Source: Mobula hypostoma (Eukaryota). From it: DNA of 64,000 nt. A program made the translations under genes and the position numbers. The number at the start of each line of letters is the position of its first letter. Within the stretch, counting starts at the first letter, position 1. The notes beneath the pieces are model-generated. The model was given only the letters and a program-made list of their open reading frames with translations, did not search any database and was not told the origin of the DNA. The stretch spans positions 32,054,001 through 32,118,000 of the forward strand of contig NC_086111.1 of assembly GCF_963921235.1 (NCBI RefSeq), written 5' to 3'. Shown piece after piece: positions 39,315 through 51,700 of this stretch.

Positions 39315-41490
39315 CTATCTTATAAAACATTTCCAAATTACAAACCATTTCTAAAACACAAAGAACAAAGTATTTCCAAAAATACAGATACAATTATTAT
39401 AAACTGAAAAGACATACCAATGATGCAGATGAAGAAATCATCTGTTGCAATAGTCAAAGCTAGAGGATTAGATTCCAGTTCACCCAATGTTTGTTTCACG
39501 CTTCTTGATGTTTCTTACCCCATTCCTAATAAACCTGAATAGCTCTCTACGTTTATACAGTTTCTTTCTCTCTTGGGTGACTTTACATGCATATGGTATT
39601 TTCTCAGATACCATTTTTACACAAAAGGTCTGAAGTCTTTTTGGAGACACAGATCTCAGCTACTTACACTTAATGCGGTAAAGCTAACTTCTCTGAGTAC
39701 ATAAAATTTCCAACATTAATAGATCAGTTATTTGATAAGCTGAATGATATTAATCATTTGCTATGCAATCTTCCTTGAACTAAGCAACTTAGTGTGTCTG
39801 TTTTCAAACAAGCCAGATCAAATAACCCATTGTCTTATACTGCAATACTAGAGCAGTCAGCATTAGTATGAACCAGCAACTCTGAGGCTCCATACTGAGT
39901 CTGTTTGCAAAGCTGTGTTTTAATTTCAAGCTGATTACTGCTTGCCATTTGCATTTTAAAAGCCAAAGACTGACTCCCATTTTACACCCAGAATCTAAAC
40001 AACTGTTAGTCTTGGCATGTGGCAGTTGCTGTGTTTAGCAAAACATGAGACACCTTTCCCCAGGAAACAAATATTCATCACACACCCCTCTTCCAAAAAT
40101 TTCTAACCCAGCTTCTTCATACAGATATCAGCTTCAAGAACAACATTCCTGCCAACACTCCTCTTTGGAACAGACAGACTATCACTCATCCAATTGCTCC
40201 AGTGGGTTACCAATGCTAGAAAGGCTCTATTTGATCCGATGTTCAAGTACTTCCCAATGTAGGGGTTTCTGTGTGATTTTATCTTTAGAGTATTCACTTT
40301 CTCAATCTCAGCTGCACATGCTTCTTCAACTTCAAAAGACTGTCACCATTATAATTTTCCAAATCATGTTTGTTTTTCTGCCTGTTGATGATAACACCTT
40401 GTGACCGAATACACAGCAATAACTGAAAGCTTATCTGTGTATGTATTTGGGAAGTAATGTTATCTGTGTAACTGCAAAATTTAACATTATCATTTGGTTT
40501 CCAACAGTAACATTTGTCATCGGCTTGTTTCCCCATTTTTCAACTTGTATTCAAAGTCTATCTGAAATAAAATAGAATTCATAAGGACATCAATAATTCT
40601 GAACTAATTTTCATTGCAGGGTATTATTCACACCATAGCTCAAAGTAGTCACAACTGTTTGATTAAGGGTAAATAGGAAATTTTTGGTTGATACAGTAGT
40701 CTATGGGACCATAATCTCTAAAATGTTTATTGCACTTATCAATTTCAATTGACTAGGGAGGAGAACATATTTGTTTTATCATACAGTCTGCTTCAGTGCA
40801 TCTTTGCATCTTCCCATGCAAAAACTCAGATCAAGGTCTTTGCTAAACCTTTTAGAACATAACCCATAAATGTAGAAAATTGTCATGTTACTGTGACATT
40901 TAGCAATGTAGTGGAACAGTGGCCATGATTGGAGACATGGAAAGGTCTAACATCCTTGTAGTAAGTATGTTCATATACTAGTTGGCCATAAAGGGAATGT
41001 CTAATGTAGAAGTCTTTATTAAAAAGGGTACTTTTACAATGTTCTAGTCTAACAGTTTCAATGTTATGCTCCCATGAGTGGGATAATTCAATTACATAAC
41101 AGTGTCTATACTTTTCTTCAAGCGTAGAGGGATGCATGTCAAGGGATTCCTCTATTGGTTTACTTTCAATATCTGGGCTGGAACCTTTCAGTTCTGTTCG
41201 TAATATTAATCTTTTCTGCAAGTCATTCTTTACCTTCCCACGAATACATGCTCATTTTATCTGCATTGCAATCAGAGTGAATGTTTGACGGGAACAATCA
41301 GTTTTCCAGAGGCAAGGATTAAGGGTTCCAGTGTATTAGTTCATATATGATAAAGAGGTAAAGGCCTTTTAGTGATATTTAAAATAGAATCATCATTGCT
41401 CTCAGTTCTCTTTAATCTAATATTCTCTGGATCACTAAGTTTCTATGAGATCTTCCTCAAGTAAACAGGAATATTTTTGTTGCTTTCCAG
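39315..41490 (-). pseudogene. env: foamy-virus-like env remnant
   Basis: RLKR (41407-41418), EPLILASGKL, RHCYVIEL..W..C..DFYIR, RQKNKH-DLENY (40366-40383), LLKLKKHV, SNWMSDSL..KRSVGRNVV, TSRSVKQTLGELESNPLALTIATDD, hydrophobic anchor, IWKCFIR* (TAG 39315-39317). Order and spacing follow prototype foamy virus Env. Confidence 0.7.
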
Positions 41491-42420
41491 ACCTAACTTG
41501 TGTTTTATCTTTTCAATACATCCACTCCCCTTACTGTTGGGGTGTAATGGTTCCGTGGTAGAACAGTGTTCCTTGTGAACTGTACTCCTTGATCGGTGTC
41601 CACCTGGACAGGGGGTCCCCATCTTGGAAGGATTTCCTGAACTAGAATCCATGCAGCCGTACATGGTGCAGTCCCTTGTTAAGAAAGCCTCTACCCAGGT
41701 GAAGTGGTCTATAGTCACTAGACAGTAGCTTTTCCTCCTGCTTTCTGGCAGGAGCCCCATGAAGTCCGTCTGGATGTTTGCCCAGGGTCCCCTCATCATG
41801 GCTGGTTTGCCAGCTGTAGCTTTATGCCTTTACCATGGTTATGCTGGGCACAAATGATGCAACAGTGGTAGAACATTCTCACCCATCCCTGGCCACCACC
41901 AGTCCTGCCAGAGGGATGTGATCATGCTCTGCCTTCCCTGATGCATCACCCCATGATATAATTTCAGAAGCATCTTTCTCGTACATGGTGGGACCACTGC
42001 AACTTCTTCCTCCCCATGGAGCCAGCTCCCACCTTGTCCCTCCGTTACTCCCTTTCTCCTCCATTTCTCCTGCTCTTCTGTCTCCACCTCCTCATATAAT
42101 TTTACTAAACTGGCTACGATTGATTCCTCCTGCATACTTGCCTCCCCCTCTGTTAGGATGGTGTTCATGGGATTCGTTCCAGTATCCATAACTATTGTTA
42201 CTGTTTTGCGAACAACTGTCAGTGAGTCAGTTTTTATAGGATACTGCTTGTGGGGTTTATGCAGGCCCCACTCTATTTTAACTGGGTTTACCTTTACTCC
42301 ACCACAATCTTGCTTGTCTCTAGGTCAGTTACCGATACCGGTGCCCCTGTGTCAACTAACGTATTGCATTGCTGGCCCCCTAACAATGCTATTGTGTACA
42401 CCCATGGGTCACCAGCACTG
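41490..42420 (-). pseudogene. pol: ERV pro-pol remnant (protease, RT start, most RT/RH deleted, integrase)
   Basis: LVDTGAPVS; PHKQYPI; HGVMHQG...WWWPGM (HHCC); GPWANIQTDFMGLLP...CLVTIDHFTWVEAF; VDTDQGVQFT; LHPNSKG (YHPQSxG-like). Confidence 0.85.
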
Positions 42421-42499
42421 GCAATGGGGGCCGACATCACATCTTTTACTGGCCTAGAAGCAGTCTTCACCAGCTCTATGAGCTGATGGGGTGAGCAAT

Positions 42500-43342
42500 T
42501 GAGTGTCTGCCATGACTTTCACTCGTTTCTCTTTCTTCTTTTTTTGGACACTGCCTTCAACCATGTTCTGATAGGCCACTGCTCTAGCAGATCAACTCCT
42601 TTACCCTTCCACGTCTATTCCAGCAGTTCCTTGCTTCGTGCTCCTGCTGCCGGTGCACAAAACAAACCCCTTGTGATGTCACAGCAGCTGCATCCACTAT
42701 AGCCTCTTTACAATTTCTCTCTAATCTATCTCACTGGCCCACGAAACTACCACAGAGTAGGTCAACCCCACCACTATCCCCAAATCTAAAACTTCCTGGT
42801 GGTCTGAGCTGAGGCCTCCTTTCATCGTTTTCAGGAAATATAGGTTATCCCTCCCTGGATTGTCCAACCCTGAACATTCCTCATATGCTCAGTATTTACA
42901 TTCTGCATAATTCATGGCTGTCTCATCAGTTCTTTGGATCACTGCCATTATCATTCCCCAGTTACTCTCACCACCTCCCAGTCACTGCCTCATTTTCCCT
43001 TAAAAGGAGCGATACCTTTCTTCATTGCTGACATTCCTGGTAGTTGCACATGTACCACCCTGCACCCCCTGTGCCATACTGTCCCACATATCCCCTCGGC
43101 ACTTCACTTTTACCAACATGTGTATATCCTTAGTGTGCATCTGGTGAATTTCAAACATTTCCTTGAGCTTGCGCCAGAATTCTGAATTCCCACATGTCAC
43201 TTGTAAGTGAGTGCAACTCTAACAAAATGCTCTGTTTCTCCCCGGGGGTGAAAGGCTTATGAATGGTTATAATCAGAGTCAAGGGCTGGCTCAGATCATC
43301 AGGGTTCTCAGCCTGACATTGCCTGAAATCTCTAGGTGCCAT
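42500..43342 (-). pseudogene. gag: ERV gag remnant with two Cys-His (zinc knuckle) boxes
   Basis: HKPFTPGEKQSIL...FWRKLKEMFEIHQMHTKD capsid-like; CFVHRQQEHEARNC and C*SSGLSEHG*RQC at ~42548-42665; stops and frameshifts. Confidence 0.7.
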
Positions 43343-43827
43343 CCCAACAGATACATCCGGGTAAAACCTCTCCCTGAAATATATCTACACTAATTCCACA
43401 TTACTCAAAATATAACTGACGGGTAGCAGTTAAACAATACATATTTAAAACTGCAGAGTATGTACTCCACGATCTGTCACTTTTGTGCACCTGAACTCAT
43501 GATGCCTGCTATATTCCCTTGCATCTAACTTTTACACCAAGGCACACACATTAGGAAAATGCTCGCAATGAAACTTCAATAACCACCCTTCGCAACTTGT
43601 GTCTCCATCTCACCAAATTAACACATAATGTTTTATCTCTTACATAAACAGAAATGCACACGCTCACACTACTTCTATATCTACCAGTTCAACTCTCCGT
43701 GTTTGTGATACTCCATGATCCCATGTGCCACCGACCTGAACAGATCCAAGTGTGAGTGCTAATTTTAAAAATACTCACCTACTTACACTGCTAAGATCGC
43801 TGGCCACAAGATGTGTTGCAAAAAGGT

Positions 43828-43845
43828 ATCCCACTTCTGACACCA
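43828..43845 (-). promoter_or_regulatory. retroviral primer-binding site, tRNA-Leu(CAA)
   Basis: TGGTGTCAGAAGTGGGAT, complementary to the 3' 18 nt of vertebrate tRNA-Leu(CAA) (ATCCCACTTCTGACACCA), 2 nt from the LTR terminal CA. Confidence 0.88.
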
Positions 43846-45459
43846 AATGTTGTTGCGTGAATGAATTCACCAGAGAAAAGTACTGGAAGATATGAAGCAG
43901 CCTTTTTATTCGACAGAACAAGATGCAGCAGGCATCATATTGAGAAGCTTTCGGCAGAAAGATCTCACTGGCCTATGCTACCTGAGATTTTATGTGCTAA
44001 ACATCATGGGACAATTCCATATTTACAATGCATCCACAATGCTTTCTTTGAAACCACACGCAGACTTCACACCTCCCGACACATACCCACACCACAGATA
44101 CGTAAATGAATTTTAATCAGCATTGTCCAGATTTTGATTCAAGGTTTTTAGAAACCTATTTTTTTCTTTGAACAATATAAAAGCATTTTAAATTACAATC
44201 TATATTCAGATTTGAAGATTGGTGGCTGAAGTTATTTGCTAGATGTGCTAAATCCAAAAATCCCTCTACCACTAGTTATGCTAGCTCTCCGTTCATTTGT
44301 TGGTAAATTGTAATTATTTTTCAAAGCCTCAAACTCTGTATGATAATTAGTTTACCCCCTTGCAATGGTCTTACTGCAATATGTGTATGGAATACCATAG
44401 TAAGGCATCATTCTAAGGCAGTAAATTTCTGTTCTGTTAGGGTGAAATTACTTGGGGGATAGTGTATGGGGGCTTGTGTTTCTTCTCCCTCATTATAACA
44501 GATATCTACAGCAATCTTTTGTAGAAACACAAACTTACAGAATGAGATATTGTTAGGACTCCTGTCCAGAAGTCTATTGCTTGCTCCTCTCCAGGGTACC
44601 ACCTTCTTGTCATGGTGAAGAGGCTTGTGTGATCCTGAGACCCTGAGAATGATGCCGCCTGGAGCTTAGCTCCTGGTGGGGTCACCCATGGCAGTAAGGT
44701 CAAGGGGGAGTTTTTACTGCAGAAGATACAACTGCTCCCTGTACATCAACATGTCTCTGCATTCTTCTTTTACTGGGCTATAGTCAATCTTTTTAGAACT
44801 TCTAGTACATGTTCTTGGCATTTGTTCTCCAGACTTCATTACTGATGTAGGTGCTACCTCAAGTGAGCCTGGAAGGAACACACAATATCCCCATGCATTG
44901 GGATTAAAATACTGGTCACCAGGTTCCATCACTTAAGCATGTGGCCAATTTGTTGTCTTCAGGCATGAACTATTGCTACATTGTTGGGGCTTGGTCCAAG
45001 TTGTGATGGTTTGAGTCCAGCAGGTTGTACAGCAGGGTTTGGTCCATCTAATCTGCATGCTACATGATGTTCAACCCCTTCATCATTCCAGTCTCTGACT
45101 TGAAGAATAAAATATTCATCATACTCTACTTGAGGAGCAGTTGGGGTATTAGCTCATATTTCTGATATTATTAACACATTCATAATATCAAATGGCTTTT
45201 GCCTGCACAACTGCTGGAAATCAGGAGGTCGACTATTTTATAGTACTAGGTGGGGTACTGTAGCAGTTGTCGAGAGCTCTGAGTCGGACAACTGCAAAAT
45301 AAAAATTATTTCAAAATTAATAATTTTGATATAATATGACCACATTGGGCACCAGCTATGATGGTATTGGGTTTGCTGACCGCAAAGTTCTAACTCAAAG
45401 AAAGACATTGAACTCTACTAAATATAAATAGTCATAAGTACTCTCACTAAAGAGTGATT

Positions 45460-45915
45460 ACATAGAATCATAGAAATCTACAGCACATTACAGGCCCTTT
45501 GCCCCACAATGTTGTGCCGACCATGTAACTTATTCTAGAAACTGCTCAGATTTACCCTACTGTATAGCCATCTATTTTTCTAAGCTCCATGCACCTATCT
45601 AAGAGCCTCTTAAAAGACCCTATTTTAACTGTCTCTACCACTGTCTCTGGCAGTGAATTTCACAGACCCACAACCCTGTGTAAAAAAACTTACCTCTGAC
45701 ATCTCCCTTGTACCTACTTCCAAGCAGCTTAAAACTATGCCCTGCTTGTTAGCTATTTCAGCCCTGGGAAAAAGCCTCTTTCTGTCCACACGATCAATGC
45801 CTGTCATCATCTTATACACCTCTATCAGGTCATTTCTCATCCTCCATCGCTCCAAGGAGGAAAGGTCAAGTTCACTCAACCTGTTTTCATAAGGCATGCT
45901 CTCCAATCCATGCAA
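45460..45915 (-). mobile_element. CR1 3' fragment inserted into the ERV post-env region
   Basis: YENRLSEL...DLIEVYKMM; (CATAGAAT)n tail; the flanks on both sides align contiguously to ~39100-39130. Confidence 0.8.
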
Positions 45916-46119
45916 CTGAAAATGTCTGATCTTCAAAGACTGGTTCACTTCCCTTTTTATTCTCCATGGTGAATTTAACTGCTAATACCCACTAATCGAG
46001 TGAAGGGTCCCCTTTCCCTACCAACTAGAAGCTACTTCCAGCAAACATAGTAGTTTAAAACAGTTCATTTATTTTCAATGATAAGCGTTTAATTAAAACA
46101 TACTTAAAAGTCAGGATTT

Positions 46120-46320
46120 CTATTTTCTAAAGCATTTCCAAATTATAAACCTCTTCTAAACTACAAAGCACAAAGGATTTCCAAAAACACAGGGACAATT
46201 CCTATAAACTAAAAAGGCTACCAACAATGTAGATGAACAAATCATCTGTCACAGAAATCAAAGTCAGAGGGGTGGATTCTAGTTCATCCTATCTTTCTTT
46301 CATGCTTCTTGATGCCTGTT
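46120..46320 (-). pseudogene. env: second copy of the foamy-like env C-terminus
   Basis: ASRSMKER*DELESTPLTLISVTDDLFIYIVGSLF...IIWKCFRK*; aligns with 39315-39512. Confidence 0.7.
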
Positions 46321-46779
46321 AGCCAAAAGGTACAAAGTACATTATTATCAAAGTATGTATGCAGAATACGACCCTGAGATTCGTCTTCCCATAGACAGCT
46401 GTGAAACAAAGAGGAATGAAGGAAACCGTTCAACAAGAAACGCCAACCCCACCCCAACAAGAAAAAATAAGAAACAAATCACACAAACAGCAATAAACAA
46501 GTGAAAAACACAGAATATAAAACACCAACCCACAAAGTCATCAAAAGAGGCCACATTGTAACATTAACCACAGAGTCTAATCTACAAACTGTGCCGATCA
46601 AGCGTTGCTCAAGACTCAGGACTCCGGCACCATCTTCCAATGGCGTCGAGAGAGAGATCAGTCAAATGCAGGGACCTTCCTTTCTGAAGAAGCCAGAACT
46701 GTTCTCTACATTAATATCATTTCTTTGCCACTTGGGTGACTTCACAGGTGTATAATATTGCCTTAGACTCTCTTTTTAG

Positions 46780-47335
46780 AATCAGGTTTAATATCACTGG
46801 CATATGTCGTAAAAATTGTTGTTATGTGGCAGCTATACATTATAATAAAAACTATGTTACAGTAAGAAGTATTTGTATATATTAAAAAAGGTTAAATAAA
46901 TAGTGTAAAAAGAGGGGAAAAAAGCAGTGAGATAATGTCCATGAGTTCATTGTCCTTTCAGAAATCTGATGGCAGAGGGGAAGAAGCTATTCCTGAATCA
47001 TTGAGTGTGTGCCTTCAGGCTCCCGTACCTCCTCCCTGATGGTAGCAATGAGAAGAGGGCATGTCCTGGGTATGGGGGTCCTTAATGATGACTGCTGCCT
47101 TTTTAAGGCATCATTCCTGTAAGATGTCTTGGATGCTGAGGAGACTAGTGCCCATGATGGAACTAACTGAGTTAACAACTTTCTGCAGCTTACTTTGATC
47201 CCGTGCAGTGCCCCCCTTACCAGATAGTGATGCAGCCAGTTAGAATGCTCTCCACAGTACATCTGTAGCAATTTTTGAGTGTCTTTGGTGACATACCAAA
47301 TCTCCTCAAACTCGTATGAAATATAGCCACTGTTG
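46780..47335 (-). mobile_element. Rex1/Babar-type LINE 3' fragment
   Basis: Homologous to 22410-23225. Confidence 0.75.
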
Positions 47336-48210
47336 ATAAGGTGCCATATGAAACTCTTATCCATAAGATAAGGATGCATAGGGTTGGGAGTGATGTATTA
47401 GCATGGATAGAGGATTGGTTAACTAATAGAAAGCAGAGAGTTGGGATACATGGGTGTTACACTGGCTGGCAGTCAACGGTGAGCGGTGTGCCACGGGTTG
47501 GTGCTGGGTCCGCAACTGTTCATGATATACATTAACGATCTGGAAGAGGGGACCGAGTGTAGTGTATCTAAGTTTGCTGATGATACTAAATTGGGTGGAG
47601 AAGCAAATTGTGCAGAAGGCACAGAGAATCTGCAGAGAGATACAGATAGGTTAAGTGAATGGACAAGGGTCTGGCAGATGGAGTACAATGTTGGTAAATG
47701 CGAGGTCATCCACTTTGGAAGGAAAAATGAAAGAGCAGATTATTATTTAAATGGTAAAAAATTGCAGCATGCTACTGTACAGAGGGACTTGGGAGTGCTT
47801 GTGCATGAATCACAAAAGGTTGGTTTGCAGGTGCAGCATGCTATCAAAAAGACAAATGGAAGGTTGGCCTTCATTGCTTGAGGGACTGAATTTAAGAGCA
47901 GGGAGGTTATGCTGCAACTGTACGGAGTACTGGTGAGGCCACACCTGGAGCACTGCATGCAGTTCTGGTCTCCTTACTTGAAGAAGAATATACTGGCTTT
48001 CGAGGCAGTGTAAAGGAGGCTCACCATGGATAAGCCTCCAGAGATGATTACAGAGATAAGGGGGTTAGACTATGAGGAGAGGTTGAGTCACCTGGGACTG
48101 TACTCACTGGAATTCAGAAGAATGAGAGGAGATCTTATAGAAACATAAAAAATTATGAAAAGGACAGATAAGATAGAGGCAGGAAAGTTGTTTCTCCAGT
48201 AGGTGAGACT
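47335..48210 (+). mobile_element. CR1 LINE RT fragment
   Basis: VLGPQLFMIYINDL...KFADDTKL...WQMEYNVGKC. Confidence 0.85.
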
Positions 48211-48724
48211 AGGTGTGTACTCCAGCATCTGTAGAATCTCTTGTGTGAAGGGAATGGATTATTTGTGGGTTTTTTTTGTGGATGAAATATTGGTTACCCA
48301 GCTCTGAGAGCATACTTTCTCAAATAATTCCATGCCATCCTATTTGTGAATCAGATGTATTCTCAGTATAAACAACTACATGCACATTACTGTACCAAAG
48401 CTCTATTTATGTGCTGAGAGCTGAAATCCACAGCCTTCTGACTCAGAGCTTAATAGTACAGGTTAATATAACTGAGAACACTGACAGTTACTATTTCTAG
48501 GTTTTTGAATTCATCAAGACATTTAATACCACTGTTATTCATTGCAGAGATAACAGATGAGCCCCAACTTGCCCAGCAAAAGAAAAATATCTTCCACAGC
48601 CCTCAAAAGTAGTAATTATTACTCTTATCTTTTCAGCACCATTTTAAATACTGTTAACTCTTCTTTTGACTCTAATTAACTTATACGGTCATTTTTCTTA
48701 TCCTCATCTATGTTCGTGACATGA

Positions 48725-51700
48725 GAGTCATAGTGTCATGTAAAAGTACAGCACAGAAACAAGCCCTTTGGCCCATCTTCTCCATACAAACTCATTCAAA
48801 CTGCCTAGTCCCATCGACCTGCACCTGGACTATAGTCATCCATACCCTGACTATCCATGTACCTATCCAAACTTTTCTTAAACATTGAAAACAAGCTGGC
48901 ACGCACCATTTGCGCTGGCAGCTCATTCCACACTCGACTGAGTGAAGTTTTCCCCTCATGCTCCTCTTAAATTTTTCATCTTTCAGCTTTAACCCATGAC
49001 CTCTGATTGTAGTCTCACCCAACCTCAGTGGAAAAAGCCTACTTGCATTTACCCTATGTGTACCTCTATCAAATCTCCCCTCAATATTCTTTGTTCCAAG
49101 GAATAAAGTCCTAACCTATTCAATCTTTCCTTATAACTCAGGTCCTCCAGTCCTGGTAACATCCTTGTAAATTATCTATACACTTTCAAACGTATTGACA
49201 CCTTTCCTGTAGATATATGACCAAAGCTGCATGCAGTACTCCAAAATAGCCCTCATCAACGTTTTATACTAATTCAGCATAACATCACATCTCCCGTACT
49301 CAGTACTTTGATTCATGAAGGCCAATATGCCAAAAAGTTTTCCTTTTGACCCTATCTATCTGTGCTGCCACTTTAAGAGAATTATGGGCCTGTATTTTCA
49401 GATCCCTTTGTTGTACCGCACTCCTGAGTACCATACTGTTCACTGTGTAAGATCTACATTGGTTAGACCTACTGCAGTGCAACACCTCACACTTGTCTAC
49501 ATTGAATTCCATCTGACATTTTTCACCCCTATTTCCAGCTGGTCCGGATCCCCATGCAAGCTCTGATAGTCTTACTCGCTGTCCACTACACTCACGATCT
49601 TGTTGTCATCTGTAAATTTACTTTTACAGTTAATCACATTATCATCCAGACCATTGATATAGATGCCAAAGAGCAGTGGACCCAGCATCAATCCCTGTGG
49701 CACTCCGCTAGTCACAGGCTACCAATCAGAGAGGCAACCATCTACTACCACTCTCTAGCTTCTCCATTAATCCAGTTTACAACCTCACCTTGAATGGTCA
49801 GCGATGGAACCTTCTTGAGCAACCTCCCATGTGAGACCTTGTCAGATGCCTCGCTAAAATCCATGTAGACAACATCCACTGCCTTACCTTTATCTACTTT
49901 CCAGGTAACTTCCTCAAAAACTCCAAGATTGGTCAGACATGGCCTATCATGCACAAAGCTATGCTGTCTATCCATAGTCAGTCCCTGTCTATCCAAGCAC
50001 TCATATCTGGTCCCTTAGAATACCTTCCTACAACTGATATCAGGCTCACCTCCCTATAATTTCCTGGTTTATTTTTCGAGCTTTTCTTAAACGGTGGAAC
50101 AACATTAGATTTCCTCCAATCCCCCAGTATCTGACCAGTCACTAAGAATGATTTAAATATCTCTGCTGGGGCCCCTGCAATTTCTGCTCTTGCCTCCCAC
50201 AGGGAATGAAGAAAAATCTTGTCAGGCTCTGGGGATTTATCCACCCTCAAGACAGCCAATACCTCCTCCCCTGTAAACTGTATCGGATCTTTGACCACAC
50301 TGCTGCTTTGCCTCACTTCTGTAGACTGTGTCCGCCTTCCAAGTAAATACAGATGCAAAAAATTCATTTAAGATCTTCCCCATCTCTTTTGGCTCCACAT
50401 AGGGATTACCATTCTGATCTTCCAGAGGACCAATTTTGTCCCTTGCAATCCTTTTGTTCTTACATATTTGTAGAACCTCTTAGGATTCTCCTTCACCCTG
50501 TCTCCAAGGCAACCTCATACCTTCTTTTAGCCTTCCCGATTTCTTCCTTAGGTGTTCTCTTGCATTTCTTATACTTGTCAAGTACCTCATTTGTTCCTAC
50601 CCGCCTATACCTGTTATGCACCTCTTTTTTTTTTAAAACCAGGGCCTCAATATTTATTGAAAACCAAGGTTCCCTAAACCTTTCATCCTTGCCTTTTATT
50701 CTGAGAGGAACATACAAACTCTGTACTCAAAATTTAACTTTTGAAGGGCTCCCACTCATCAAGTATACCTTTGCCAGAAATAGCCTGTCCCAGTCCACAC
50801 TTGCCAGATCCTTTCTGATACCATCAAAATTGGCCTTTCTCCAATTTAGATTCTCAACCTGCAAACCAGACCTATCCTTTCCCATATTTACTTTGAAACT
50901 AATGGCATTATGATCACTAGATGCAACGTGTTCCCCTGCACAATCTTCTGTAACCACCCGTCTTATTCCTTAATAGCAGATCAAGTATCGCACACCCTCT
51001 CAATGGGACTTCTACATACTAATTAAGGAAGCTTTCCCAAACACATTTGACAAGCTTTATCCCACCTAGTCCTTTTACAGTATGGGAGTCCCAGTCCATA
51101 TGTGGAAAGTTAAAATCTCCTACTATAACAACCTTATGTTTCTTGTAACAGTCTACAATCTCACTACAAATCTGTTCTTCTAAATCCTGCGGTCTGCTGG
51201 GTTGTCTATAATATAGCCCAATTAACGCAGTCATACCTTTCTTATTCCTCAGTTCCATCCCTAAAGCATCACTACACGAGGTTTCCAGTCTGGCCTGACT
51301 GGGCACTGCTGTACCATTTTCCCTGACTGGTAATACCATCCTTCCCCCCTGTTGTAAGTGAGGAAACAGATTCGGTAGGGTCTCAAAGGCGAGGACTCTG
51401 GACACGCAGCCTTGGTAGTAAAGGATTTTATTTACAGAAGGCAAACATGGGAAAATGGCAACAGAAGCAACACGCACAAGCGCGCAATTTACGGTGATCA
51501 GATCAGCAATAAAGCACACGCGGACAATTAATAACGAACGTGGGAAAATCGCGTGGGGACAAAGTACACGCACACACACACATACAACCAAGGGAAAAGT
51601 CAACACGATATCCGCCACCCCTTGACTCTGTGCAGACACGGCTCTCTGCTTTTAGGGACAATAACCAACGCTCCCAACCCCATTCAATGCACAGCTCACC

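Larger units (their letters stand above)
38960..44150 (-). mobile_element. degenerate endogenous retrovirus: LTR - PBS(Leu) - gag - pro - deleted pol/IN - foamy-like env
   Basis: LTR 3' end CA at 43848, AATAAA at 43905-43910, PBS 43828-43845, splice donors 43773-43786, gag ~43340-42500, DTG 42345-42353, IN ~42100-41490, env ~41490-39315. Outer boundaries approximate. Confidence 0.8.

Noticed and set aside
40103-40297. WSNW in a - strand ORF suggesting the WSXWS motif of IL5RA, the syntenic neighbour
   Set aside because: Wrong strand for the expected head-to-head arrangement, no splice-bounded exon, imperfect motif (WSNWM), and the segment fits in order within the foamy-like Env TM subunit.
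43828-43845. tRNA-Leu gene
   Set aside because: Only the 3' 18 nt including CCA match, next to an LTR end; this is a PBS.
44245-44300. RRASITSGRGIFGFS as a fusion peptide of a second envelope gene
   Set aside because: Short and surrounded by stops, with no heptad or TM context; not enough to support.
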